A stretch of DNA of 64,000 nt from the NCBI GenBank assembly GCA_018609055.1, contig JABAYJ010000003.1, positions 25,457 through 89,456 of the forward strand, given 5' to 3'. Under the pieces are notes generated by a model. The model saw only the letters and a list, made by a program, of their open reading frames with translations. It searched no databases and was not told where the DNA came from. Shown here one piece after another: positions 48,301-58,341 of the stretch. Each line of letters opens with the position of its first letter. Position 1 is the stretch's first letter. The DNA is from Flavobacteriales bacterium. GTDB lineage: Bacteria > Bacteroidota > Bacteroidia > Flavobacteriales_D > CAJJDF01. Made by a program: the position numbers and the translations under genes.

Positions 48301-48545
48301 TTGTATATGGAATTATTATAGCAACAGTTCTAACGCTTCTTTTACTTCCAATTTTCTTGTCATTTGTAAATGGAGTTAAAGTGTATGCCCTTTGGTTTTG
48401 GAATTCCGATGAATGGGCTTTTTGGAATACCGACAAGCCAACTAAAGAATCGGTTGAAAGAGCAGTTAAAGAGTTGTCAAGCGATTATGAATATGACAAC
48501 TCAAAAGAAATTATACCATCTAAAACGCAATTAGAATTAGAATAA
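45324..48545 (+). CDS. Efflux RND transporter permease (AcrB/AcrD/AcrF family)
   Basis: 1073 aa with 12-TM topology and two large periplasmic loops. Conserved VVIGILVDDGIVIAENI and IGIMVNDGLVLI motifs. Confidence 0.92.
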   Translation: MKNLLAYFIKYPIAGWIIVLGFILFGYFGFTNLTSSFFPLSESRVITIKLAYPGASPEEMEEGVVLKIEDNLKGIVGIDRVTSKSYENSAAITVETFKGLDTDVILAEVKNAVDKVPSFPSGMEPPVIAKKEATRQTIAFSVSGEGVPLAVLKQKAQLIEKELLRKDGISQVTISGFPDEEIEIAVTEAGLRAYNLSFQQVANAVAKNSLITTGGSIKTDAEEYLIRASSRAYYANELENIVVKSSENGNVVLLKEVATLRDKFNENPNGIYFNGNTAVNITVQNTNSEDLISTAYYVKKYIGEYNLTSSDVELNVTSDSSITLTQRTDLLLNNALVGMFLVLIILSIFLKPRIAMWVAFGLPISFLGMFAIAGFFDVTINVLSLFAMIIVIGILVDDGIVIAENIFSHHERGKSPVRAAIDGTLEVIPPIISAILTTMLAFSTFLFLDGRIGEFFGEVSVIVLITLSVSLIEALIILPSHIAHSKTLQKETKPFKFNLKAEQFMNYLRDNLYQPILNFFLRNKIVGFAIMLGLFLITIGGMKGGIIRMTFFPQIASDRVQITLNMPQGTNENVTDSLITNLENSVWSVNEKYLGTQSGGDSVVLNIVKTIGPGSSVASLTVNLLQGEFREISSPEITNAIQDTADEIIGAESLVFGSGAVFGGSPIAVSLLGNKIDELKAAKKELKEALGDIEGIKDITDNDPQGIKEITVNLKPNAYLLGFTLNDVMSQVRSAFFGAQAQRFQRGEDEIKVWVRYDEKERKSINNLTNMKLVAPSGARVPFAEIADYSIARGEISINHLEGQREIQVKADLVDPKASATDFMANVKDSLVPNILAKYSSVTPLYEGQNREAVKTQKSLSPTGPIILIFIYIVIAFTFRSYSQPFVLIALVPFSLIGIGWGHWIHGFSINILSGLGIIALIGIMVNDGLVLISKFNSNLKQGMTFDEALAEACKSRFRAIFLTTITTVAGLTPLIFEKSLQAQFLIPMAISIVYGIIIATVLTLLLLPIFLSFVNGVKVYALWFWNSDEWAFWNTDKPTKESVERAVKELSSDYEYDNSKEIIPSKTQLELE

Positions 48546-48558
48546 AAATTTAGAATCA

Positions 48559-49863
48559 ATGAAATACTTATTACTATTATTATCCTTGTCGATATTCCCA
48601 ATTCTTGGAATATCTCAACAAACACTAACTCTTGAAGATGCAATTTCTATAGCTCTCAAAAATAATTACGACATTCTGCTTGCAGAAAACTCAGTGATGC
48701 AAGCAGATAATAACCAGAGTATTTACAACTCAGGATATCTGCCAACTTTAACTGGAACTGGTAATGCAACTTATGCCAATAACAATGCTAAACTAACAAA
48801 TCAGGCTGGAGCACAAACTGAAATTTCAGGGATAGAGGCGACACAATTAAATGGCTCTGTAGCTTTAAACTATGTGTTATTCAATGGTGGAAGTAGAAAA
48901 TATAATTTCGATAGATTAAAGAATCAATACGAATTATCATCTGCTACAAAGAAAATACAAATAGAAAACACGCTAATTGATGTGTACACTACTTTCTTTA
49001 ATGTAGCCAGAAATCAAGAACAAAAGAACACCTTGATAGAAGCTTATGACATCTCTAAAGAAAGATTGGATAGAGTAATAGCTCAGCAAAAATACGGACA
49101 GAAGACAAGTCTTGATGTGTTAAATGCAAAAGTTGATGCTAATGCAGATAGTATTACTTTATTGAGTTTAACTGTTCAATTAGAAAACAATATTAGAAAT
49201 CTAAATTTCCTTTTGGGAAGAGATATATCTACGCTTTTTGAAGTAAGTAACGAAGTAGTATTAGAAGAAAACTTAACCTATGAGGGTTTACTAGAGCAAC
49301 TGAAATCTGACAATAATCAACTTAAACAAATAGCAATAAATCAAGCTATTTCTGAGCAAACACTCAAAATAAATCAGGCTGGATGGTTGCCTAGTGTAAC
49401 AAGTTCAGTTGGTTACGGAATAAACTATAGCGACAATGGTCCTGCTGGTTTTTTTGCTATTCAACAGAGTAATGGTTTTAATGCTGGGCTTAGCCTAAGC
49501 TGGAATATTTTTGATGGTGGGGCAACTAAAGTAAATGTTCAAAATGCACAAATAGCCATTCAAAATCAAGAGTTGAATGCAAAGAAATTGAGCTTAAATC
49601 TAGAGAATCAATTAGCCAGTTTTTGGGCTGAATACAATACACAAAAAGTAATAATCCAAAACGAAGAAACTAACGTTAAAATAAGCAATCAAAATTTCTT
49701 GAAATCTAAGGAGCTATTCAATTTAGGAAAAATAACATCTTTAGAATATCGCCAAGCTCAATTGAATTTAATAAACAATAAGTTGAACTTATTAAATGCA
49801 ACTTATAATGCCAAACTAGCTGAATTACAATTAAAAAGATTTGCAGGACTCTTGTTAAACTAA
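48559..49863 (+). CDS. TolC-family outer-membrane efflux protein
   Basis: Signal peptide. LTLEDAISIALKNNYDILLAE start and duplicated OEP repeat architecture. Confidence 0.88.
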   Translation: MKYLLLLLSLSIFPILGISQQTLTLEDAISIALKNNYDILLAENSVMQADNNQSIYNSGYLPTLTGTGNATYANNNAKLTNQAGAQTEISGIEATQLNGSVALNYVLFNGGSRKYNFDRLKNQYELSSATKKIQIENTLIDVYTTFFNVARNQEQKNTLIEAYDISKERLDRVIAQQKYGQKTSLDVLNAKVDANADSITLLSLTVQLENNIRNLNFLLGRDISTLFEVSNEVVLEENLTYEGLLEQLKSDNNQLKQIAINQAISEQTLKINQAGWLPSVTSSVGYGINYSDNGPAGFFAIQQSNGFNAGLSLSWNIFDGGATKVNVQNAQIAIQNQELNAKKLSLNLENQLASFWAEYNTQKVIIQNEETNVKISNQNFLKSKELFNLGKITSLEYRQAQLNLINNKLNLLNATYNAKLAELQLKRFAGLLLN

Positions 49864-49928
49864 ACGGTAAAAATTTAACAAGCAATTGATTTTTTGTGTA
49901 AATTACAAGAACAAAAAAAATCAATCTT

Positions 49929-52064
49929 ATGAAAAAAATATACTTTTTAATGTTCTTGCTTAGCATAGGACAGCTTTACGGACAAGTAGTTAACCAAAAT
50001 ATTCCCGCTACCCTTGGTGCTAGTTCTACTTTAAGAGCTCCAAATGGAAATACATCCCATACTACCATAAGGGCTCATTATATGATTTACCCAGCTGACT
50101 TAACTGCTTTACCTCTAGGTGCTCAAATAACGTCAGTAGGATTTGTATATATTAATGGAGTGAATACAACTGCATCTGGAAATTTAAAATTTTATTTGGA
50201 AAACTCTACTGCGACTAGTAATACTAAATCTACTACTTGGGCTACTGCAATTACTGGGATGGATACTCTTTATGATGGTGTCTATTCAATTCCTATTTCA
50301 ACAACCGCTACAACAAGTTCTTTTGTTCTAACTGACACATTTACTTATGCTGGTAGTGGAATTCAAGTAGCTTACGATTATTTAGGAACCACATTTGCTA
50401 CTACTGCTGCAACATACGACTGTAACAATACTGTTGCAGGTGATTTAAAAATGATCGCAACAACAACTAATACACCTGGTGTAATTCTTAATGCTTCATC
50501 TAGCTGGAGACCTGGATTATATATTAGTTATGTTAATCCATTTACCAATGATATGGCTGTTGAATTTATAGTTTTAGACGCAGGTCATCTTAACAAAATT
50601 TACGACACCACTCAAACAATAGTAGGAACAATCAAAAATAACTCTATTGGTACACTTACCTCTGTTCCTGTAACGTTAGAGATTACTGGTGCTAATGCAT
50701 CAACTACAACTCAAACTATTGCTACAATTGCTTCTGGAGCTTCGCAAGTTGTAACTTTCCCTGGTTTATCTGCTGCTAGTGGTGGAATTCAAACCATCAA
50801 GTTATCAGTTCCTAACGATCAATTTACATCTAATGATTCTGTTGTTTTAAAACAATCTATTAATTGTGACACTTTAAGTTATGCTGATAACTCAGCACCA
50901 TATACCTCAATTGGTTTTAATACTGGTGCAGGAATATTAGGTGTGAAGCATACGGGTAGTTCTTCAGTAAATTCTTCAGTAAAGGTAGTATATGCTGATT
51001 TAGATGTGAGTACAAACATTACAGGAAACCAACTTCAAGCGGTATTACTTGACACAGGTGGAGTAATTATTGACTCTTCTGCGGTAGTTACTGTTGCAGC
51101 AACACAATTAGGGACAAGAGTTTCTATGTCGCTTACTGGAAACAATGTTATTACAACTGCCAACCCAGATTATTTTATTGGAATTAGGCAATATGCTAAT
51201 GCTACTACTGGATATTTTCCTGTTTCATCAAATAATCCTAGTACAGCACCAGGAGATAGATATTATGCGTTTAATTTTGCAGGAGGAGGACAGTCTGCAG
51301 CTTTAACTACACTTGGTACTTTAGCAATTGGAGCACTTATAGAAGTTGAAAGAATTACTTTAGCGAGTTCAGATGCAAACGATTCAATCTGTGTTGGAGA
51401 GTCTGTTACATTTACTGCAAGCGGTACTTCATCAGCTACTTATGATTTTCAATCTGGAGGAACAAGCGTTCAAAACTCAGCTGTAACTACTTACACTAAT
51501 TCACCATCAGCAACATCTATAGTGACTGTTGAAGGGGCTTATAATACATGTCCTATCCTATCTAATTCTATTAATTTGGTAATTGTAACTGTAGATAGCT
51601 CAGCATCTAAAACGAATGATTCTACTGGAGCTGCGACAATGACGCTAGCTGGAACAAGCTATCAGTGGATAGATTGTAGTACTGGTTTAGCTGTTTCTGG
51701 AGCAACTTTCCAAGTTTTTACTGCATCTGCATCTGGTAACTATAAAGTAGCGGTTACACTTAACGGCTGTAGCGACACTTCTTCTTGTTATGCTTTTACA
51801 CTTCCAACAGCAAGTATCTCTAGTAACGGTATTAAATCTTTATCGGTTTATCCATCACCTGCAAACAGCTATTTAGTTGTAGAGACTGAAAACATTATAA
51901 TTATAAATCTTAGTATTGTTGACGTAAATGGAAAATTAATCTCTACAAATACACCTCAAAATAGTTCAGTAAAACTAGATGTATCTCAACTTAAAACTGG
52001 AGTATATTTATTAAAGATTGAAACTGCAAATGGAAGCGAAGTAAGAAGATTCATTAAGCAATAA
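49929..52064 (+). CDS. Thr/Ser-rich secreted surface protein with T9SS C-terminal sorting domain
   Basis: Signal peptide (LLSIGQLYGQ). The C-terminal approximately 80 aa (LSVYPSPANSYLVVE...LDVSQLKTGVYLLKIETANGSEVRRFIKQ) match the type-A Por secretion tail. Confidence 0.8.
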   Translation: MKKIYFLMFLLSIGQLYGQVVNQNIPATLGASSTLRAPNGNTSHTTIRAHYMIYPADLTALPLGAQITSVGFVYINGVNTTASGNLKFYLENSTATSNTKSTTWATAITGMDTLYDGVYSIPISTTATTSSFVLTDTFTYAGSGIQVAYDYLGTTFATTAATYDCNNTVAGDLKMIATTTNTPGVILNASSSWRPGLYISYVNPFTNDMAVEFIVLDAGHLNKIYDTTQTIVGTIKNNSIGTLTSVPVTLEITGANASTTTQTIATIASGASQVVTFPGLSAASGGIQTIKLSVPNDQFTSNDSVVLKQSINCDTLSYADNSAPYTSIGFNTGAGILGVKHTGSSSVNSSVKVVYADLDVSTNITGNQLQAVLLDTGGVIIDSSAVVTVAATQLGTRVSMSLTGNNVITTANPDYFIGIRQYANATTGYFPVSSNNPSTAPGDRYYAFNFAGGGQSAALTTLGTLAIGALIEVERITLASSDANDSICVGESVTFTASGTSSATYDFQSGGTSVQNSAVTTYTNSPSATSIVTVEGAYNTCPILSNSINLVIVTVDSSASKTNDSTGAATMTLAGTSYQWIDCSTGLAVSGATFQVFTASASGNYKVAVTLNGCSDTSSCYAFTLPTASISSNGIKSLSVYPSPANSYLVVETENIIIINLSIVDVNGKLISTNTPQNSSVKLDVSQLKTGVYLLKIETANGSEVRRFIKQ

Positions 52065-52087
52065 ATAGTAACATATCCTATTACAAA

Positions 52088-52118
52088 ACTCTTCCATTAA
52101 ATTGGAAGAGTTTTTTTT
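52088..52118 (+). terminator. Rho-independent terminator
   Basis: ACTCTTCCA / TGGAAGAGT stem followed by T8. Confidence 0.8.
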
Positions 52119-52216
52119 ATGCCTTGTTATTCATAAACCATTGTGAATAGAAGTTATGTTTAGAGTAAAAAGTGATGAGCTAATTCCTTAATTTTAAAAG
52201 AACAAAAAATCACTGA

Positions 52217-52576
52217 ATGATATTTCTTGCTATTTTTATTGGAGGAGGGTTAGGAAGTATCGCAAGATATGGAATCTCTCAATTTTCTACTCCCAATTTT
52301 CCTTATGGAACTCTAATTGCAAATGTGCTTAGTTGTGTAATTATGAGCTTAGCTATTTATAGCTTTTCAACTAAAATAGAAGCGTCAAGTTTTCTTAAAT
52401 ACTTAATTGTAATAGGATTTTGCGGAGGATTTAGCACATTTTCTACTTTTAGTTTCGAGACTTTTGAACTTGTGCGCAATGGAAATATCATTATTGCAGG
52501 AATAAATATATTAGTAAATATCTCATTCTGCTTACTGGTCTTTTACATTTTTAGAAACTCCTTTTTCTCTGCTTAA
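52217..52576 (+). CDS. crcB: Fluoride ion channel CrcB/FluC
   Basis: 119 aa with 4 TM helices. GGGLGSIARY and GFCGGFSTFSTF motifs. Confidence 0.9.
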   Translation: MIFLAIFIGGGLGSIARYGISQFSTPNFPYGTLIANVLSCVIMSLAIYSFSTKIEASSFLKYLIVIGFCGGFSTFSTFSFETFELVRNGNIIIAGINILVNISFCLLVFYIFRNSFFSA

Positions 52577-53949
52577 TGAAACAATCTAAAAACATATACT
52601 TTATCGCTATTGGAGGAAGTGCCATGCACAACTTGGCGATAGCTCTACATCTTTCTGGAAACAGTGTTTCTGGGTCGGATGATGAGATATTTAACCCATC
52701 CAAAGGAAGGCTAGAAAAATACGGGTTACTTCCAGATAAAATGGGATGGGATGAATCTAGAATTAGTAATGAAATAGACATTGTAATTCTTGGAATGCAT
52801 GCGAGGGAAAACAATCCAGAGCTTATAAAAGCACAAGAATTAGGTTTGCCTATTTTCTCTTACCCAGAATATATTTACGAAGCAACTAAAGAAAAAACAA
52901 GAGTTGTAATTGGTGGAAGTCATGGTAAAACAACAATTACCTCCATGGTATTACATGTCTTAAATTTTCATAAAAAGGAAAATGATTACATGGTTGGTGC
53001 TCAACTTGAGGGGTTTGAGGTAATGGTTAAACTAACCGATTCGGCAGAAATAGCCGTTTTGGAAGGAGATGAATATTTGTCCTCACCTATTGATCGCAGA
53101 CCTAAGTTTCATTTGTACAATCCAAATGTGGCATTACTGACAGGAATAGCTTGGGATCACATTAATGTATTTCCTACATTTGAAAACTACTGCGAACAGT
53201 TTGAAATTTTTATCAATAAAATTGAAGAAGGTGGAAGTCTTGTTTACTTCTCTGGTGATAAAGAAATTGAAAAGTTAGTTTCTAATTCTAAAAGAAATAT
53301 TGACTTTATCCCGTACTCAACTCCAGAATACACAATCGATAATGGAGTAACAACTTTAATCTCCAATGAAGGAAGTTACCCTCTTGAGATTTTTGGCGAA
53401 CACAACCTTCAAAACCTAAATGGAGCACGATTGGTTTGTGAGCAAATTGGAATTTCTTCCAAAGAGTTTTATTCTGTAATCCAAAAATTTACTGGTGCTT
53501 CTAAAAGATTGGAGACTATTACAAAAAACGATAAAACGCATATTCTTAAAGATTTTGCTCATTCGCCTTCTAAACTGCAAGCAACAACCAAAGCAGTAAA
53601 AAACCAATATCCCGATAGAGAACTTATTGCTTGTATCGAGTTACACACTTTTAGTAGTTTAAATCAGGAGTTTTTGAGTGAGTATAAAAACACTATGTTA
53701 GATGCTGACAAGGCTTTTGTGTATTTTAGTCCAAAAGCTATAGAACACAAAAAACTAGCAATGTTGAGCGAAAATGATGTGAAAAATGCATTTTTTAGCG
53801 AAAATGTAACTGTTTTTACTAATTCTGATGAATTAATGAAAACCGTAAAAAGCATTAATTTTGAGAATAAGAATTTACTATTGATGAGCTCAGGAAACTT
53901 TGATGGAGTAGATTTTGAGGAGTTGGGAAATGAATTGATAAATCGATAA
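52576..53949 (+). CDS. mpl: UDP-N-acetylmuramate:L-alanyl-gamma-D-glutamyl-meso-diaminopimelate ligase (Mur ligase family)
   Basis: IYFIAIGGSAMHNLAIAL start, P-loop GSHGKTTITSM, and a Mur ligase middle and C-terminal domain pattern. The start overlaps the crcB stop (TAATG). Confidence 0.8.
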   Translation: MKQSKNIYFIAIGGSAMHNLAIALHLSGNSVSGSDDEIFNPSKGRLEKYGLLPDKMGWDESRISNEIDIVILGMHARENNPELIKAQELGLPIFSYPEYIYEATKEKTRVVIGGSHGKTTITSMVLHVLNFHKKENDYMVGAQLEGFEVMVKLTDSAEIAVLEGDEYLSSPIDRRPKFHLYNPNVALLTGIAWDHINVFPTFENYCEQFEIFINKIEEGGSLVYFSGDKEIEKLVSNSKRNIDFIPYSTPEYTIDNGVTTLISNEGSYPLEIFGEHNLQNLNGARLVCEQIGISSKEFYSVIQKFTGASKRLETITKNDKTHILKDFAHSPSKLQATTKAVKNQYPDRELIACIELHTFSSLNQEFLSEYKNTMLDADKAFVYFSPKAIEHKKLAMLSENDVKNAFFSENVTVFTNSDELMKTVKSINFENKNLLLMSSGNFDGVDFEELGNELINR

Positions 53950-53952
53950 ACA

Positions 53953-55215
53953 ATGAAAAAAACACTTCTTTTAATAGTAATAACCTTCTTAGCTAGTTTC
54001 TCTTTTTCACAAAAAGAACTTGCCAAAAAACTTATTGATACTCTTGCCTCTGATGCATTTTATGGAAGAGGTTATGTAAACAATGGCGATAAAATTGCTG
54101 CAGATTATATTGCTAAAAAATTCAAAGAATTCGGAGCATTACCTGTAAATGGAGATTCTTACTTCCAGGAGTATTCTTATCCTGTAAATACATTTCCAAC
54201 AAAAGTCGAGGTTTCTTTTGACAACAAAACTCTAACAACTGGGTTAGATTTCATAGTTGCTCCTAACTCTGGTTCGGCAAAAGGTATTTTTAATCTAAAA
54301 GAAATTACCCTCGAAAACTATATAGAAGTAGTTTCAAAAGAAGAGTTTCAGAGCGATAAAAACTTGACGGCTTTTGTGATTAAATTACCTAAAGCAAATG
54401 GAAGAGATGAGTATTTTAAACAACTAAAACTTAAAAACTCTGTAGCTGATGTTGCTCCACTTTTTGTAATTAATGATGAAAAATTTACTTGGTCGGTAGC
54501 TCAAGAAGCACTTAATTATCCTGTTATTGAAATCAAAAGTGAGTTTCTGAAAGACAAAAAATCAGTCACATTAAACATTGTAAACAAACTAATTGCCGAT
54601 TATCAAACTCAAAATGTTTTAGGATACATTCCGGCAAAACGAAAGTGTAAAAGAAAAAAATTCTTTGTGTTTACCGCTCATTACGATCACTTAGGAATGA
54701 TGGGAGAAACTGCAACTTTCAATGGTGCTAATGACAATGCAAGTGGAATTGCCATGATGCTAACTTTAATGAAATATTTCTCTGAAAACAACCCAGAATA
54801 TTCGGTTTTGTTTATTGCATTTGGAGGTGAAGAAGCGGGATTATTAGGCTCTAAATATTACGTAGAAAATCCTATCGTTCCCCTTAATAAAATGAAATTT
54901 TTGTACAATGTGGATATGATGGGGACTGGCTCAGAAGGAATTCAGGTGGTAAACTCAACCGAACACCCAAAAGAGTTTGAAAGACTAAAAGCGATTAATA
55001 AAAAGTATGACTTAGTTAAAGTAATTAAACCTAGAGGGAAAGCTGCAAATAGCGATCATTATTGGTTTGAGGAAGCTGGAGTTCCTTCGTTTTTCTCTTA
55101 TACTTTAGGTGGAGTAACTTACTATCACGATATTCAAGACAGGCCAGAAACTTTGCCTTTAACAGAGTTTGATGATTTACATAAACTCATTGTAGAGTTT
55201 GTGAATTCGTTTTAG
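53953..55215 (+). CDS. M28-family zinc aminopeptidase
   Basis: Signal peptide. AHYDHLG, NGANDNASG, GGEEAGLLGS and DMMG metal-ligand motifs. Confidence 0.85.
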   Translation: MKKTLLLIVITFLASFSFSQKELAKKLIDTLASDAFYGRGYVNNGDKIAADYIAKKFKEFGALPVNGDSYFQEYSYPVNTFPTKVEVSFDNKTLTTGLDFIVAPNSGSAKGIFNLKEITLENYIEVVSKEEFQSDKNLTAFVIKLPKANGRDEYFKQLKLKNSVADVAPLFVINDEKFTWSVAQEALNYPVIEIKSEFLKDKKSVTLNIVNKLIADYQTQNVLGYIPAKRKCKRKKFFVFTAHYDHLGMMGETATFNGANDNASGIAMMLTLMKYFSENNPEYSVLFIAFGGEEAGLLGSKYYVENPIVPLNKMKFLYNVDMMGTGSEGIQVVNSTEHPKEFERLKAINKKYDLVKVIKPRGKAANSDHYWFEEAGVPSFFSYTLGGVTYYHDIQDRPETLPLTEFDDLHKLIVEFVNSF

Positions 55216-55226
55216 GAATAATAAAT

Positions 55227-56663
55227 TCACTTAGGAAACTTCATAAAAAACGAAGTCCCAATATTTACTTTACTCTCAAAGTAAATAGATCCCCCATGAT
55301 TTTTAAGGATATTTTTTACAATAGCTAATCCCAATCCACTTCCTGATGATTTAGTTGTGAAATTAGGTGTAAAGATGTTTTCATATTGTGAAGGGTCGAT
55401 TCCTTTTCCATTGTCTTTTACCTCCACAAAATAATGGCTTTCATCTTCAGTCAGTATCACTTGAATCACTCCTACTCTTCCTTCTGGGATAGATTGCGCA
55501 GAGTTTTTTAATAAATTATTAAACACTCTTATCAATTGACTATCGTCTCCTTTAATTATAGCTGTTTCAATTCCATTCAGCTCCTTAGCTACTTTTATTT
55601 CTTTGTCAAATGTTCCTACAGCATCTCTCAATATTATTCTTAAATCTACTGGAGCCAAAGAGGTTGTGGGCATTTTAGCAAAACTTGCAAACTCATTTGC
55701 AATTTCACTTAAAGCATCAATTTGCGTAATCATTTTTTGCGAAAAACGAGTCATTTTATGTTTAAACTCTGGGTCCTCTGGCTTTAGTGATTGCTCTAAA
55801 TATTGCACATTCAACTTCATAGGTGTTAAAGGATTCTTAATCTCATGAGCAACTTGTTTTGCCATTTCTCTCCAAGCAATTTCTCTTTCTGATTCTGCTA
55901 ATAAATTGGCACTTTGCTCCAATTCATCTACCATAGTATTGTACCTATGTACTAGAACTCCTATTTCATCATTGTTTTTCCAAGAAATTTTTTCATTCTT
56001 TTTATTAAATGAAACATTCTTCATTTTATCACCAATTAAACTCAATGAACGAGTAATGTTTTTAGACAAAAAGAATGCGAAAATTCCTGCTCCAATTAAT
56101 AGGGCTATATATAGCTCTATAAGAGTTTTATAAAATTTATTAGTCTCAATGCTGTTGGTAGAAAAATCATAATCTGGTACATTCAATATCCCAATATTCT
56201 CTCCTTTCCTATTTTTTAAAAAAGAATAAGTCGATAACTTATTTTGATCTTTTTTAAGAATATAAAAGGAATCTAGAGACGCGTATATCTCATTAAAAAT
56301 ATAGCTCGGTATACTGTCATCAGGATTTAATTCTTGATCTAGGCTAAGTAAAATTTCTCCATCAGTATTATAAATCTTCAGCTCCATTTCATTTTCCTTG
56401 GAGAGTTCTTCAATTTTTTCGTAAAACTCTCTAGGTACTGAGTTTAAGTCTTTCTCTATTTCATATTTATCAGTAAAAAACTTGATAGAGTTTGCCACCC
56501 TTTTTTCTTTTCTTTCTAATCTAGAAAGATGGTATTTTTCGTTTTGATTTTTGAAAAAATTTGCTGTAACTAATGCAATCACCAAGGAAGAAATTACAAC
56601 CAATGCAAGCATAGCGATATAAATTCGCTTTGATAATCCTATATTAAAAGAGGGTCTTTTCAT
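55227..56663 (-). CDS. Sensor histidine kinase (2 TM, HAMP, HisKA, HATPase_c); no cognate regulator adjacent
   Basis: H-box AHEIKNPLTPM, N-box NLLKNSAQS, and G-boxes DNGKGI / GSGLGLAI. Confidence 0.9.
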   Translation of the reverse strand: MKRPSFNIGLSKRIYIAMLALVVISSLVIALVTANFFKNQNEKYHLSRLERKEKRVANSIKFFTDKYEIEKDLNSVPREFYEKIEELSKENEMELKIYNTDGEILLSLDQELNPDDSIPSYIFNEIYASLDSFYILKKDQNKLSTYSFLKNRKGENIGILNVPDYDFSTNSIETNKFYKTLIELYIALLIGAGIFAFFLSKNITRSLSLIGDKMKNVSFNKKNEKISWKNNDEIGVLVHRYNTMVDELEQSANLLAESEREIAWREMAKQVAHEIKNPLTPMKLNVQYLEQSLKPEDPEFKHKMTRFSQKMITQIDALSEIANEFASFAKMPTTSLAPVDLRIILRDAVGTFDKEIKVAKELNGIETAIIKGDDSQLIRVFNNLLKNSAQSIPEGRVGVIQVILTEDESHYFVEVKDNGKGIDPSQYENIFTPNFTTKSSGSGLGLAIVKNILKNHGGSIYFESKVNIGTSFFMKFPK

Positions 56664-56756
56664 GGGTTTGTTACCTACAAATATTATTCCTTAAATTTTT
56701 GTGAAATAAATATAGCTATTTGAGTTTCATTCCAAGGGAATAACCTAAAAATGTTT

Positions 56757-56764
56757 TAAATTTG
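56757..56764 (+). promoter_or_regulatory. Bacteroidota-type -7 promoter box (TAnnTTTG)
   Basis: TAAATTTG lies 33 nt upstream of the ATG at 56797. Confidence 0.35.
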
Positions 56765-56796
56765 AGTCGCTATACCTAAAAGCCTTAATACATTTT

Positions 56797-58338
56797 ATGA
56801 AAGAAAAGATTCAACATTTAAAAGACAAACAAGCTGAAGCTAAGCTTGGAGGAGGAAAAGAACGTATTGAAAAACAACATGCAAAAGGGAAGTTAACTGC
56901 CCGTGAGCGTATTCATTTCTTAATGGACGAAGGTTCATTTGAAGAAATAGGGATGTTGGTTACCCACCGTTCTACGAATTTTGGATTGGATAAAACTAAG
57001 TTTTTAGGTGATGGAGTTGTTACTGGTTACGGAACAATTAACGGAAGATTGGTCTACGTGTTTTCTCAGGATTTTACAGTTTTAGGAGGTTCACTTGCCG
57101 AAGCTCACGCTCAAAAAATTTGTAGAATAATGGATTTGGCAATAGAAAACGGAGCTCCAGTTATTGGGCTTAACGATTCGGGTGGTGCAAGAATTCAAGA
57201 AGGAGTTGTTTCTCTTGGAGGATATGCGGATATTTTTTATAAAAACACAATGGCAAGTGGAGTAGTTCCTCAGCTTTCGGCAATAATGGGGCCTTGTGCT
57301 GGTGGAGCGGTATACTCGCCTGCGCTTACAGATTTTATATTCATGGTCGAGAATTCTTCGTACATGTTTGTTACAGGACCTAACGTAGTAAAAACTGTAA
57401 CTCACGAAGAAGTAACTTCGGAAGAATTAGGTGGCGCAAGTACACACTCTACAAAATCTGGTGTGACACATTTTACTAGCGAAAATGAATTAGCTTGTAT
57501 CCAAGGATTGAAAGATTTGATGAAATACATTCCTCAAAACTGCGAAGAAGAATCGCCTCAATACGAATATGAAGCAACAGACGAAACTCGTCCTGCTTTG
57601 AATGACATTATACCTGCAAGCCCAAATCAACCTTACGATATTAAAGAAGTCATCTCTTCGGTAATTGATAAAGATACTTTCTTTGAAGTGCATAAAGATT
57701 ATGCAGAAAACATAGTAGTAGGTTTTGGATTATTAGGTGGAAAAAGTATTGGGATTGTAGCTAACCAACCGGCATTTTTGGCTGGAGTTTTGGACAATAA
57801 GGCATCAGAAAAAGCTGCACGTTTTGTAAGATATTGCGATTGCTTTAATATTCCATTATTAGTATTTGAAGATGTTCCAGGGTTTTTACCAGGAACTGAC
57901 CAGGAGTGGAACGGAATTATAAAAAATGGGGCTAAACTATTGTATGCTTTCTGTGAAGCTACTGTCCCAAGAATTACTGTAATTACTCGTAAAGCATACG
58001 GTGGGGCATATGATGTAATGAACTCTAAGCACATTGGTGCAGATATGAATTACGCATGGCCAAGTGCCGAAATTGCTGTGATGGGAGCAAAAGGAGCTTC
58101 GGAAATTATTTTTAAAAGAGAAATAAAAGGAGCCGATAATCCTGAAGATAAATGGATAGAAAAAGAGGCAGAATATGCTGAGCTTTTTGCGAACCCATAC
58201 AATGCTGCTGCCAGAGGATATGTGGATGAAGTAATAGAACCTCAGTTTACCAGAGAAAAGCTGATTAAAGCCTTTGGAATGCTTAAAAACAAAGTTGTAA
58301 GCTTACCTAAAAAGAAACATGGAAACATTCCTCTATAA
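56797..58338 (+). CDS. Acyl-CoA carboxylase carboxyltransferase (beta) subunit (propionyl-/methylmalonyl-CoA type)
   Basis: [22 protein letters not shown] start, [16 protein letters not shown], and [10 protein letters not shown] motifs. Confidence 0.92.
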   Translation: MKEKIQHLKDKQAEAKLGGGKERIEKQHAKGKLTARERIHFLMDEGSFEEIGMLVTHRSTNFGLDKTKFLGDGVVTGYGTINGRLVYVFSQDFTVLGGSLAEAHAQKICRIMDLAIENGAPVIGLNDSGGARIQEGVVSLGGYADIFYKNTMASGVVPQLSAIMGPCAGGAVYSPALTDFIFMVENSSYMFVTGPNVVKTVTHEEVTSEELGGASTHSTKSGVTHFTSENELACIQGLKDLMKYIPQNCEEESPQYEYEATDETRPALNDIIPASPNQPYDIKEVISSVIDKDTFFEVHKDYAENIVVGFGLLGGKSIGIVANQPAFLAGVLDNKASEKAARFVRYCDCFNIPLLVFEDVPGFLPGTDQEWNGIIKNGAKLLYAFCEATVPRITVITRKAYGGAYDVMNSKHIGADMNYAWPSAEIAVMGAKGASEIIFKREIKGADNPEDKWIEKEAEYAELFANPYNAAARGYVDEVIEPQFTREKLIKAFGMLKNKVVSLPKKKHGNIPL

Positions 58339-58341
58339 ACC

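Noticed and set aside
49885-49925. Inverted repeat ATTGATTTTTT ... AAAAAATCAAT after the tolC-like gene, as a possible terminator.
   Set aside because: The stem is almost entirely A-T with a 19-nt loop and would be very weak. It cannot be distinguished from chance in AT-rich DNA.
52119-52216. Possible fluoride riboswitch in the crcB leader (GTGATGAGCTAATTCC and CACTGAATGA resemble fragments of the GAUG/CUGAUGA core).
   Set aside because: I could not build the P1/P3 helices or the AACCGCC-type segment of the crcB motif. The similarity is limited to short AT-rich fragments, one of which includes the start codon.
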